A stretch of DNA of 64,000 bases from positions 640,001 to 704,000 of the forward strand of contig JBEPYO010000001.1 of assembly GCA_041641295.1 (NCBI GenBank), in the 5' to 3' direction. The notes beneath the pieces were generated by a model, which was not told the origin of the DNA, made no database searches, and saw only the letters and a list, made by a program, of their open reading frames with translations. Below are positions 50,845 to 60,394 of this stretch, in pieces. Positions within the stretch are counted from its first letter, which is position 1. Each line of letters begins with the position of its first letter. The translations under genes were made by a program, and so were the position numbers. The DNA is from Nitrososphaerota archaeon (lineage in GTDB: Archaea > Thermoproteota > Nitrososphaeria_A > Caldarchaeales > Calditenuaceae).

Positions 50845-52242
50845 TTACAGCATAATACCAGGGTTCAGGATATTGTTGGGGTCGAAGAGTTCTTTAAGCC
50901 TCTTCATGAGGTCTAGCACTTCGCGGTGCTGCTCCAACATGAATTCCTTCTTCTCCACGCCTACTCCGTGCTCCGCCGAGAGAGCTCCGCCAACCTCTAT
51001 GGCGTATCTGGTCAGCTCCGCATTAGCCCGCAGCGCCCTCTCCCACTCATCCCTATTACGCCTGTCCGTCAGCCAGTTGGCGTGGATGTTCCCATCACCC
51101 AAGTGGCCCATTACCCCTACCCTCACTCCATATTTTTTCGCGAGTTCGTAGGCCTTGTTTACGGCGTCGAGGAGGCGTGAGAGTGGAACTATTATGTCGC
51201 CTATGATTGGGGACCTGCAGGCCTTCAGGATTGAGGGATAAGCTCCTCGCCTAGCCTCCCATATCCTCTCAGCCTCCGCCTCGTCTTTAGGGACTATAAT
51301 GCTGACCGCCCCGCCCTCCCTCAGCAGGCTAGTCGCGTCTGCAACCTCCTCCTCCAGCCCAGCCCTCGAGTAGCTATGGAACTCGAGAATGATCATGCAC
51401 TCGTGGTCTGGGAGGCTTAGACCCGACCACTCAGATATGAGCTTCAGATGCGTCCTGTCAAGAAACTCGATGGCGCCCGGCTCTAACCCAGAGAGCCTGA
51501 CCCTCCCTATACACCTTACTCCATCTTCGATCGAGTCAAAGTAGGCCGCTATTGTCTTACGGTGTCTTGGGAGGGGGCGGAGCCTTAGCGTGGCCTCGGT
51601 TATCACCCCCAACGTCCCCTCGGACCCGACAAGCATTCTCGCCAAGTCATACCCTATAGAGTATTTGAAGACGCGAGAGCCTAGACGGAGGTCGAGGCCC
51701 ACTGGGAAGACGACCCTCAGGGCCAGAACATAGTCTCTCGTCGCCCCGTATCTCACAGCTTTGAGCCCTGAGGCATTGTTAGCGATCATTCCACCAATGG
51801 TACATGATTTGCCGCTGGCCGGGTCGGGTGGGAAGAAGAGGCCGTAGGGTTCCAGCTCCTTGTTGAGCTGGTCGTAGATTACTCCGGGCTCCACGTCGAC
51901 CTGCATGTCATACTGCCTGACCTCCAAGATCCTGTTCATCTTCATCATGTTCATGACTATGCCCCCAAACCTGGGTGTTGATGCGCCAGTGAGCCCTGTC
52001 CCTCCACCCCTAACAGTCACTGGTATCCGCCGCCTCGAAGCATACTTGAGGACCTCCAAGACCTCTGAGCTGTTCTCGGGCCAGACAACTGCCTCGGGCA
52101 GCACCGACTCACCGGCGAAAGCGTCCAAAGCGTTGGTAACTAGGTCGTAGTCCTCGTTGGAGACGTCTGAGGCGCCTACGATGGAGGCGAGCGCCGCAAG
52201 GTCTTCAGGTCTAACCCTGTTATACTCCATCCGCCCTATCAT
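50845..52242 (-). CDS. FAD-linked 2-hydroxyacid oxidoreductase (GlcD/D-lactate dehydrogenase-like)
   Basis: RGGGTGLTG, FPPDPAS, GGMIANNASG, GSEGTLG, GHLGDGNIH, SAEHGVG, DPNNILNPG. Start likely 52242 or 52230. Confidence 0.9.
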   Translation of the reverse strand: MIGRMEYNRVRPEDLAALASIVGASDVSNEDYDLVTNALDAFAGESVLPEAVVWPENSSEVLEVLKYASRRRIPVTVRGGGTGLTGASTPRFGGIVMNMMKMNRILEVRQYDMQVDVEPGVIYDQLNKELEPYGLFFPPDPASGKSCTIGGMIANNASGLKAVRYGATRDYVLALRVVFPVGLDLRLGSRVFKYSIGYDLARMLVGSEGTLGVITEATLRLRPLPRHRKTIAAYFDSIEDGVRCIGRVRLSGLEPGAIEFLDRTHLKLISEWSGLSLPDHECMIILEFHSYSRAGLEEEVADATSLLREGGAVSIIVPKDEAEAERIWEARRGAYPSILKACRSPIIGDIIVPLSRLLDAVNKAYELAKKYGVRVGVMGHLGDGNIHANWLTDRRNRDEWERALRANAELTRYAIEVGGALSAEHGVGVEKKEFMLEQHREVLDLMKRLKELFDPNNILNPGIML

Positions 52243-52276
52243 GGTATGACTTGTTAAAAACTGATACGCATCTGAG

Positions 52277-52684
52277 CTAACTGGATTCCCACCTTTCCTC
52301 GAGAGCTTTTCTAAGGTCTTTCGTCTCACCCTTCCTGTGGACCATTACCCTCGACTCCACTTGGACCTTGAGACCCAGTCTCCTGAACAGAATCAATAGG
52401 TCTCCAGCGTCTATAGGAGCTTCAATCTTGCCCTCTTTTAGGGCTTTGAGGAGAGCGGCGGAGACCTTCCGTACTAGGTCCGGATTCTCGGAGAGCGCTG
52501 CGGCTAAGACCTCGTCGCCCCTCTCTGAGACGTGTTTTTTCAGCTCCTCTACCGGGTCAGGCTCCGCCACCTGTTTCTCCTCAGGGGCGGGTGTTTCCCT
52601 CGACTTGGCTAACTGGGCCATTAGGCTTCTCATCTTCTTCATTTTTATGAGTTTGAGGCTGATGTCTTCGTCCTCCAAATCCAT
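52277..52684 (-). CDS. PDCD5-like double-stranded DNA-binding protein
   Basis: Acidic/basic N-terminus (DEDISLKLIKMKKM), ERGDEVL, IDAGDLLILFRRLGL; co-oriented with priL. Confidence 0.6.
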   Translation of the reverse strand: MDLEDEDISLKLIKMKKMRSLMAQLAKSRETPAPEEKQVAEPDPVEELKKHVSERGDEVLAAALSENPDLVRKVSAALLKALKEGKIEAPIDAGDLLILFRRLGLKVQVESRVMVHRKGETKDLRKALEERWESS

Positions 52685-52690
52685 CGCCCT

Positions 52691-53800
52691 CTAGGTTGAT
52701 GTGGCTAAAAAACCTCCTCCGCCCTCACGCCCCTCCTCTCCACCACTCTTCTGTTCTCTCTTTTTTCTAAGGGCCGCCCGCCTAGCCTCCCGGCGATAGT
52801 ATTGTATAGGGTTCTTGATGCCTGGACAAAGTCTTCCATCCTCGACGCAGAGGCCGTGTGTCTTCATTGTGCTGCATGAGGGGGGTGTGTATTTGACCCT
52901 GCTACCCCTCTGCCCCGCTATATGCTCTGTCTGGTAGCGCGCGATTTTTTCGTTGAAGTCGCTTCTCTGAGAGTACATGGCTAGGACCTGCTCTTGGGTG
53001 TATCCTGCCGTGAGCATGAAGGCGGCTAGGGCAAAGTTGGCGAAGTGGCCTACACCAAGCCCTGCGAGGAGTTCTTTCTTTATCTTAGCCATGCAGGGGG
53101 GCCAGTATTCTTCGCTTACCTGCCCCACCTCAGCCTCATAACTCCTCTTCACCGCAAGCATCTCCCTGATCCTCTTCGCAACAGTTGAGAGTGAGTCAGG
53201 AAGCGGGGTTCCTCGGGCATCCTCATAGCGGCTCATAATCCGCTTCTGGATCGCCTCGACGGCAACCCTTGCAAGCTCCTTCGGGGTTACATAGACCCAG
53301 CCCTTCCTCACAACCCTATTCACCAGCTTCCACTCAAGAGAGTCTATCCGCGCGGTCAGGGCTAGATAGTGGGGGACCCAGACCTTGTATGCTCCGAGCT
53401 CAGACTCAGTGGGCGGTGAGGGCTCAACCTTGATGCCTAGCTCTGATTTGAGGAGTTCCGCCACGACCTCGGGGACCTCCTCCTCTAAGAATCTACCGCA
53501 TCTGAGGGACTCGGCCAAGGCCCACCGCCGAGCTAGCCAGTTATCACCGATGGAGGCCACGAGCAGTAGTGCTATGGCGAAGCTGAGAACCTCGACCTCC
53601 TCGTCCTGATGTAGCCCGATCACGGCTTCCTCCCCTCTCTCCAGCGCCTCAGCTATCCTGCTTAGAGCCCTCTCTACGTCGCGCCCAAACCTCTCTGAGC
53701 CCAGCTCGTCAATGGAGATTCCCCTTCTCGCCAAGTAGTCCCTAGCTGCGGCTATGAATGGGTACTTGGCCAGCATCCTCTCAGAGCGTAGCATAGACAA
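52691..53800 (-). CDS. priL: DNA primase large subunit
   Basis: AKYPF, WKLVNR, WPPCM, DFNEKIARYQTEHIAG, YTPPSC, CVEDGRLC, NPIQYY. Confidence 0.95.
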   Translation of the reverse strand: MSMLRSERMLAKYPFIAAARDYLARRGISIDELGSERFGRDVERALSRIAEALERGEEAVIGLHQDEEVEVLSFAIALLLVASIGDNWLARRWALAESLRCGRFLEEEVPEVVAELLKSELGIKVEPSPPTESELGAYKVWVPHYLALTARIDSLEWKLVNRVVRKGWVYVTPKELARVAVEAIQKRIMSRYEDARGTPLPDSLSTVAKRIREMLAVKRSYEAEVGQVSEEYWPPCMAKIKKELLAGLGVGHFANFALAAFMLTAGYTQEQVLAMYSQRSDFNEKIARYQTEHIAGQRGSRVKYTPPSCSTMKTHGLCVEDGRLCPGIKNPIQYYRREARRAALRKKREQKSGGEEGREGGGGFLATST

Positions 53801-53956
53801 GAGGGGCTACCACCCAGCCATCGTGAGTGTGTAGGCACTGCTTAAATAGGCTACACCTCGACAACCTCCTCATGGGATTATCTTTCGGCGAGGTGTGGGT
53901 AAACGTTTTTAGACCACATACCGCGACTTGGGCCCCAGAAAGGGTAGCCCGGCGGG

Positions 53957-54649
53957 ATGCGGTATCTTGGGCCGCTAGACAAGATAGTAGGCCACTTCTG
54001 TGGTGAGGGGTATTCAGTCTCGGTGGGAGACGGGATTGTCTGGCTGAGCAGGGACGGCTTCAAGGGCGCGGTATGGGTCGTACCGATCGGCGGGGGGCTA
54101 GACGAGATTCTCTGGGCCGTAATGGGCGCGACAGAGTACGCTAACAAGTTTGGAAATTCGTATGTCGCCCTACCCGTAAACCTCGCCAAACGAATAGACG
54201 AGAGCCACTTCTGGACCTATGGCATCGGACTAGTCGTCTACGACGAGGAGACGGTTAAGGAGATACTCCAGCCACGCCCAAGAGCCGAGCCCAGAGAACA
54301 GTCCATCACCACCTATTCTGAACAGAGAGATATCAAGACAGATGAGGAGAGTGGTCGCCTAGATAACGCGTTGCTTGAGGAGTTGCTTAGACGAGTCGAA
54401 AGGCTTGAGAGGGAGATTGCTAGGCTCGAGGAGCTGGAATTGCTGATGGCTAGGGTCGAGGCGTTGGAAAGCAGGGCTGAAAACAGAGAGAAAGCATATC
54501 ATAAGCCCTCACCACAAGTCGCGCCAGCCACAATACAATACCAAACCACGACAACACACGCTACAAGTAGTCGGAGCCGCTCAGAGGACAGGCTCCCATC
54601 CTACCTCCAAGACAATCCCTGGATAGAAGTTCTGGCGTCTAAAAGGTAG
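53957..54649 (+). CDS. hypothetical protein: restriction-endonuclease-like N-domain, coiled coil, C-terminal DNPW motif
   Basis: SYVALP...YGIGLVVYD, heptads LLRRVERLEREIARLEEL, terminal LPSYLQDNPWIEVLASKR. Confidence 0.7.
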   Translation: MRYLGPLDKIVGHFCGEGYSVSVGDGIVWLSRDGFKGAVWVVPIGGGLDEILWAVMGATEYANKFGNSYVALPVNLAKRIDESHFWTYGIGLVVYDEETVKEILQPRPRAEPREQSITTYSEQRDIKTDEESGRLDNALLEELLRRVERLEREIARLEELELLMARVEALESRAENREKAYHKPSPQVAPATIQYQTTTTHATSSRSRSEDRLPSYLQDNPWIEVLASKR

Positions 54650-54657
54650 GAGATAGC

Positions 54658-55992
54658 CTATCTTATCTCGATATACTGGTAAGCCTCGGTCAGGTTGCTG
54701 AATGCGTAGTGGACCTTGTTGTAGTCTTTCCTGAACTCGGCGACCTCCTGCCTAATCCTCTTAGGATCCTCACCCCGGACGACTACCCTAGCTATGAACC
54801 GGGCTATCTCCTTCATCTCGCTCGGCCCCATCCCCAGCCTCGTGACCTCCTGCACACCTATCCTGATACCGCTCGGATTCCTATAATCCGTCTTCAACTC
54901 ATAGTCCTTTGGTATGAGGTTTCTGTTCAACACAATCCCCGCCTCCTCCAGCTTTACCTCCGCATCCCTACCACCCATGAACTTGCTCACATCTATCAAG
55001 ACTATGTGCGACTCTGTGTATCCCAGCTCCTCGTACAGTGGGGATAGACCCTCCTCGTGCAGGGCCTCTGCGATGGCTTTTGCATTTCTTACGATGTCGC
55101 GGGCATACTGGTGGTAGAAGGCCAGCGCCTCTGCGAGGGCTATCGTGACTCCGGCTACTGCGTGGAGGTGGTGGTTGCTGTGCAGTGGCGGGAACATTAC
55201 ATTCTTGAGCGGCTCCGCATACTTTTCATTGCTGACAACCATCCCATGCTGCGGGCCAGCCAGCGTCTTGTGCGTACTCATAGTCATCACATCAGCCCCC
55301 TCAGCCAGCGGCTTCTGAAAGACTCCACCCGCGATTAGCCCAGCCACGTGGGCTGCGTCATAGACCACGGCAGCCCCATACTCTGAGGCAAGCTCAGCAA
55401 CCTCCCTTACAGGGTGTGGGAAGAGGAATACGCTTGCGCCGAGCATGAAGATTTTGGGCCTCAACCCGCCCTCCTTCTCGAGACGCCTCCTAGTCCCATC
55501 CACGTCGATATTGAACCTCTCGTAGTCAAACTCGTATCTAACCACCTCTAACCCCCTGACCCTTCCAGCAGTCCCATTCCACGAACGCTTACCATGGCTT
55601 ATGTGGCCTCCATGTGGCACAGCGAGGGCAACCATCACGTCCCCCGGCTCCGCGAGAGCGGTATAGGCCGCAAGATTAGCTACAACTCCCGATATAGGCC
55701 TCAGGTCTGCAAAAGGCGCATCGAAAACTTTCTTCGCAAGCTCAACACCCATAAGTTCCACCTCGTCAATCCACCTACAACCGGCGTAGAGCCTCTCGCC
55801 CGGATACCCCTCCGCATACCGGTTACCAAAATCGCTGGCGAGAGCCTCCCTCACAGCCGGGCTGGGGACATTCTCGCTTGCGACCAGAGGGATAGCGCTC
55901 CTGAAAAACTCGTGATGCGCCCTCAAACACTCTAAGACCCTCCTGAAGTACCTGTATCCTAACTCGTAATTCTCCTTAAACTGCAGCTCCAC
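54658..55992 (-). CDS. glyA: serine hydroxymethyltransferase
   Basis: LVASEN, RYAEGYPG, HGGHISHG, DAAHVAGL, STHKTLAGPQ, SGIRIG. Confidence 0.96.
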   Translation of the reverse strand: MELQFKENYELGYRYFRRVLECLRAHHEFFRSAIPLVASENVPSPAVREALASDFGNRYAEGYPGERLYAGCRWIDEVELMGVELAKKVFDAPFADLRPISGVVANLAAYTALAEPGDVMVALAVPHGGHISHGKRSWNGTAGRVRGLEVVRYEFDYERFNIDVDGTRRRLEKEGGLRPKIFMLGASVFLFPHPVREVAELASEYGAAVVYDAAHVAGLIAGGVFQKPLAEGADVMTMSTHKTLAGPQHGMVVSNEKYAEPLKNVMFPPLHSNHHLHAVAGVTIALAEALAFYHQYARDIVRNAKAIAEALHEEGLSPLYEELGYTESHIVLIDVSKFMGGRDAEVKLEEAGIVLNRNLIPKDYELKTDYRNPSGIRIGVQEVTRLGMGPSEMKEIARFIARVVVRGEDPKRIRQEVAEFRKDYNKVHYAFSNLTEAYQYIEIR

Positions 55993-56093
55993 TCCGTCTC
56001 ACGAAGTGGCGAGTCAAAACCTCTTATTTAAGGGTTCAGAGCCACATAACCCTGTTCGGACCACCGGCTCTTGGCATCCTCAGCCTAGAGACC

Positions 56094-57119
56094 CTATCTA
56101 TGCCTCGCTAATGCCCTTATCCCCTTCCTTATACAGCCATACTTGAAGCTCATAATACTGCTAATAACTAGGTTAGAGACTGATATTGTAAGGAAGAACA
56201 GTATTACAATGCCTGCCGCATTGACGCTGCCAAGCAGCAATATCTGCAGCGGCACGTAGAACGGGAATAACATGCTTGCCAACGGGCCCGCAAAGTACAT
56301 TACGGCAAAGCCTGACGCAGACGCGCTACTCCTCTCCCTATCTATCCGAAGCCCTAAGGCAATAAACAGTATCCTGTACTGCGGGCTTATCTTCAACGCT
56401 CTAACCAAGTTTGATATGCCGATGTAGAAGTTGGAGAATCTTACACCCACTAGCGCACCAACTATGAGATGGGATAGATCGTGTGTAAAGAACCATAGTA
56501 GGAGCCATGAAACTCCACTTGCTATGAACAGCAAGAGCTGGCCGAGATTAAGATACAGAGCGTATATGGGAATAAGTAGACCTAGTATTGTCATTACCAG
56601 GCTTAATGCTATTCCTTTACCGAGGCCTATAACGGTGGGGTCGTCATATCTCACCGTAAGGCTGCTATCCGCCTCCAACAGCTTCCGGATCATCTGGTTT
56701 CTGTATTTCAGTATGCTCGCGATTATCCTCCCAGCGAATCTATCCCCTATAGGCCCGAGGACTGCCCTGAACTCTATCCTATCCTCTATAACGCATCTAT
56801 GCCCGCCCTCATATTCACCACCCGCCTCCCTTACACTATGTGCATGTCTCCAGAGAAGGAAAGGCAAGCCAATGGCCTCATCGGTGAACCCCCTACCCTC
56901 TTCGTAATCCTTAACTATGGAGTACCATTCAAACCTCTGGCCTAGAAGCCTAGCCTCCATCCTTATCTTAGATCCATTAGATATCTTCTCAGGTGCTTCA
57001 AGTACTCTGAACCTAAGAGTCTCAGGATATACGAGTTCTATATTTTTTGGATTTGCTATGAACCTGAATGCCGTGTTAGCGTCTATTCCAACTTCTACAC
57101 GCGCTGAGACAACGCCCAT
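56094..57119 (-). CDS. SRPBCC/START domain fused to an M50-peptidase-like membrane domain (HDxxH)
   Basis: N-terminal FTDEAIGLPFLLWRHAH (SRPBCC), then TM helices with FFTHDLSHLIVG and AGPLAS. Confidence 0.7.
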   Translation of the reverse strand: MGVVSARVEVGIDANTAFRFIANPKNIELVYPETLRFRVLEAPEKISNGSKIRMEARLLGQRFEWYSIVKDYEEGRGFTDEAIGLPFLLWRHAHSVREAGGEYEGGHRCVIEDRIEFRAVLGPIGDRFAGRIIASILKYRNQMIRKLLEADSSLTVRYDDPTVIGLGKGIALSLVMTILGLLIPIYALYLNLGQLLLFIASGVSWLLLWFFTHDLSHLIVGALVGVRFSNFYIGISNLVRALKISPQYRILFIALGLRIDRERSSASASGFAVMYFAGPLASMLFPFYVPLQILLLGSVNAAGIVILFFLTISVSNLVISSIMSFKYGCIRKGIRALARHR

Positions 57120-57277
57120 TCCTTCTCATCTTTATGGATTGGCACTTATAACACTATTATAAATTCAGACTCTTTACAATCTTCGAGTTTATGCTGTAGA
57201 TGCTGCCCACAGCTCAGATTTAAGGCTCTTATACCTAGTGCGGCCTGCCTTATCCTCGGAGCCGGGGGTGAAGGTGT

Positions 57278-57835
57278 CTGGGCAAGAAGTACGGGCGCGG
57301 AGACAGCGGCATGACAGACCTATTCGGCGGGGGAAGGGTTTCTAAGAGCGACCTGAGGGTTGAGTGTTATGGCGAGGTCGACGAGCTATCGTCGATCATA
57401 GGCCTCTGTAGATCGTTGCTGGGTGAAAAGTATCCCGAGATTAGCAAGATGCTGCAAGATGTCCAGACTGCCTTGTTTAGGATGGCGGCTGAGCTGGCGA
57501 GCGGGGATTCGGGAAAGCTTGGGCTGGAGTTGATAGGGGAGCGTGATGTAGCTGTCCTCGATGAGCACGTGGAGAGGATAGAGTCTAGGCTTCCACCTCT
57601 GAGACACTTCATCTATCCGGGCGGATCCCTTCCTGCCAGTATGCTCCACGTTGCTAGGGCCGTCGCGAGGCGGGTTGAGCGGAGAGCTGTAGCATTAAAC
57701 AATAGGGAGGGTATTAACCCCTATATCCTCAGCTATCTCAACAGGCTATCCACGCTTTTCTTCGCATTGGCCAGATATGTGAACATGATGGAGGGTGTCT
57801 CAGAGGATACTTGGCCTGGAAGAGGAATAGAATAG
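57278..57835 (+). CDS. pduO: PduO-type ATP:cob(I)alamin adenosyltransferase
   Basis: GDSGMT, YGEVDELSS, FIYPGG, RAVARRVERR, YLNRLS. N-terminus extended to CTG at 57278 (see finding). Confidence 0.9.
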   Translation: MGKKYGRGDSGMTDLFGGGRVSKSDLRVECYGEVDELSSIIGLCRSLLGEKYPEISKMLQDVQTALFRMAAELASGDSGKLGLELIGERDVAVLDEHVERIESRLPPLRHFIYPGGSLPASMLHVARAVARRVERRAVALNNREGINPYILSYLNRLSTLFFALARYVNMMEGVSEDTWPGRGIE

Positions 57836-57840
57836 CTGCA

Positions 57841-58473
57841 TTATGTTGGCTTCGAGCCCTTCTTCTTCGCCTTGACAAGCTCGGAGACTAGGTACTCGGC
57901 CGAGTCGACCGCCTCCTCTGCGGTGAAGATGCCGAGGTATGAAGAGCTGAACATAATGTTTGCAGTTGGGGACCTGTATATTCTCTCATCACCGACCCAG
58001 AGCTGGAGTAGGAGCTTCACCATGGGGAATAGGTTGAAGGAGTAGCTTAGGCCGCCGAACTTTTCCTTTTCACCGTCAATGGCCCGACAGGCAGCATCGA
58101 ATCCCACCGGATCGTAGCCAAAATGGTCGATTAGGGGTCTATAGACCCGCCTCATCATATTCCCGGCGTATGATTGGCCGTTTGGGAACTTCTCCAGTGG
58201 GATCCACTCTCCCGGCTTGGCCCCCATATACTTGGCCAGATATTTTATGAGTAGATGCGCCAGCTTGGGCTGTGATGGCTTGTGAGTTACAGCATCCGTG
58301 ACTACTCCAGAAGCCAGGTCTAGGACAAATGAGCCGTTAAGGACGTTTACTAGGAACCTGTCCCCTTTCCCCTCTCTTGGAGGGAGGTGGACGACGTGGC
58401 AGAGTTTTACAACCTGCTCGGGTGGGCGCTGTTTAAGCTCGGCTAAAAGGGCGTCCAACTCCTCCCCTTGCAT
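57841..58473 (-). CDS. DUF3786-like protein
   Basis: LLIKYL, GEWIPLEKFPNGQSY, LFPMVKLLLQLWVGDE, TANIMF. Confidence 0.7.
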   Translation of the reverse strand: MQGEELDALLAELKQRPPEQVVKLCHVVHLPPREGKGDRFLVNVLNGSFVLDLASGVVTDAVTHKPSQPKLAHLLIKYLAKYMGAKPGEWIPLEKFPNGQSYAGNMMRRVYRPLIDHFGYDPVGFDAACRAIDGEKEKFGGLSYSFNLFPMVKLLLQLWVGDERIYRSPTANIMFSSSYLGIFTAEEAVDSAEYLVSELVKAKKKGSKPT

Positions 58474-58551
58474 ACATTTTTGGAGGTTTAGCCTGCATAA
58501 AATGATTTTATGACCGGCCGCCTAGATTATTAGCCCCGGCCGACGGCAACC

Positions 58552-59031
58552 CTAATAGTGCCCCATATGCGATTCCTCTGCCGGGGTCTCTAAGTGCTGC
58601 TCCCTCGCCTCGAAATCTATTTCAGCCCCGCTGCCCAGTATCAGTCTAACCCTAACATATTGTACATCCTCAGGTATCTTCCCTATCAGCATGACATGAT
58701 ACCCATCACCCTCGACGCCAAGGGCCCGAACCTCTCCCCCCGGCGGAATACATATCTTCTCAACCCCCTGCATCTTAGCAACGCCATTCTCGATGACCGT
58801 GCGGTGCAGCTCAGCCCTAATTCCTGACGGCTCAAGAGCCTCGACGCCAACAATGCACGCCTCCACCAAACCATGGTTATACGCTATAAAGAACACTCCC
58901 CCACCCATCGCCCCCCTTCTAAAGAAGGCCCCATGCACTTCAACACTCTCACCACTCTGGGATGAGAGTAGGAGAAAGGCGCCAACCACCACAGCCGCAA
59001 CAATCACTACAGAGACAGATACCAGCCACAT
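58552..59031 (-). CDS. PCu(A)C copper chaperone, membrane-anchored
   Basis: TM anchor, ELHRT...KM...GYHVML (H-M-HxM copper ligands). Start likely ATG at 59031. Confidence 0.85.
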   Translation of the reverse strand: MWLVSVSVVIVAAVVVGAFLLLSSQSGESVEVHGAFFRRGAMGGGVFFIAYNHGLVEACIVGVEALEPSGIRAELHRTVIENGVAKMQGVEKICIPPGGEVRALGVEGDGYHVMLIGKIPEDVQYVRVRLILGSGAEIDFEAREQHLETPAEESHMGHY

Positions 59032-59194
59032 CCTCTGGAGACCATCCACGCGGCCAAGCTTGTTGCCACGGGATAAATCAGCCAAAGCTTCCCAGCCCGC
59101 AATAATAACCCCTCCAGTTTAAAAGCATTCTACACTTCACGACAAACGGGTTCCACAAACATGTTAAAATGCTATTCATATAGTATCGGTTAGA

Positions 59195-60283
59195 ATGCCT
59201 CTCCGAGTTGTCGGAATAGATCCCGGTACCAAGAGTTTTGATGTCTTTGGACTGGAAGATGAGCATGTGATTGTTGATGTCTCCATTCCATCTGGAGAGG
59301 TTGCTTTAAATCCGAAGATCCTCGTAGACCTGCTCCACGGACTGGAGCCCCTTGACCTAGTGGTTGGTCCCTCAGGCTATGGGGTCCCACTCAAACACAT
59401 CTCGGAGATTAGTAGCGAGGACCTCTTCTTCATGACACTTGTCAGACCAGATGATAAAGACATACCGGTTCTAGTCGGGCTGAGCAAGGTCGTACAAGAG
59501 CTGAAGAAACATGCCTTCAACATCTACTTCATACCGGGGGTGATACATCTCCCCACAGTCCCACCCCACAGAAAGGTTAACTCCATAGACCTCGGGACTG
59601 CTGACAAACTCTGTGTTGCGGCCCTCGCAGTTTACGACTACTCTAGAAGGCATGGTGTGCCGCTAGGAGACGTGTCTATACTGGTTGTGGAGGTTGGTTA
59701 TGGCTACAACGCCGTAATGGCGGTTGACGGTGGAGTGGTAGTTGATGGGGTTGGGGGTACGAAGGCGGGTCCAGGATTTCTTACGGCGGGCGGGCTCGAC
59801 GGCGAGGTCGCATATCTCTTAGGCACTCTGAGGAAGGAGATGCTCTTCAAGGGTGGTGTAAAGAGTATAGCGGGTATAGACGTAGAGCCCGAAAACTTCT
59901 ATGGGCTGGCCCAAAGGAGCAGGTCTGTGAAGATCGCGTGGGATGCTTTCATCGAGGGTATAGAGAAGACGGCCTGGTCCCTAACTCCTGTTCTCAGCAA
60001 GGTTGACGCGGTACTAGTCTCTGGGAGGCTGAGTAGAGTCGAGCCAATATACAGTGAGTTATCGAGACGCCTGAAACGTATAGCCCCAGTCGAGAGGGTT
60101 AGTGGCTTCGGGGCTAGGTCAAAAGAGGCTGCACAGGGCGCTGCACTAATAGCAAATGGATTGGCGGGCGGCTTCGCAAAAGAGTTAGTCGAGCGACTGA
60201 GGATCAGGGAGTCGGGGGGGACGGTGCTGGACTATGTATATATCGAGAATTTGAAAGAAAAGATGACTACTTACCATGTTTGA
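59195..60283 (+). CDS. DUF1464-family ASKHA-fold protein (predicted butyrate kinase-like)
   Basis: GIDPGTKSFD, GPSGYG, PGVIHLPTVP, DLGTADK, DGEVAY, KEAAQGAA. Confidence 0.85.
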   Translation: MPLRVVGIDPGTKSFDVFGLEDEHVIVDVSIPSGEVALNPKILVDLLHGLEPLDLVVGPSGYGVPLKHISEISSEDLFFMTLVRPDDKDIPVLVGLSKVVQELKKHAFNIYFIPGVIHLPTVPPHRKVNSIDLGTADKLCVAALAVYDYSRRHGVPLGDVSILVVEVGYGYNAVMAVDGGVVVDGVGGTKAGPGFLTAGGLDGEVAYLLGTLRKEMLFKGGVKSIAGIDVEPENFYGLAQRSRSVKIAWDAFIEGIEKTAWSLTPVLSKVDAVLVSGRLSRVEPIYSELSRRLKRIAPVERVSGFGARSKEAAQGAALIANGLAGGFAKELVERLRIRESGGTVLDYVYIENLKEKMTTYHV

Positions 60284-60394
60284 CTGTATAATGTTTAATT
60301 CAAGTTACGTTAAATGTTTAGATTACTAAGCCGAGACGACGCGTCATCTTCACATATATATCGTGGCTGGTCTGCCTAAACCACGAGGACAGGA

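Noticed and set aside
60345-60390. GACGCGTC palindrome and TCGTGG...CCACGA stem upstream of ppdK
   Set aside because: Arms are short enough to occur by chance and no second copy was seen.
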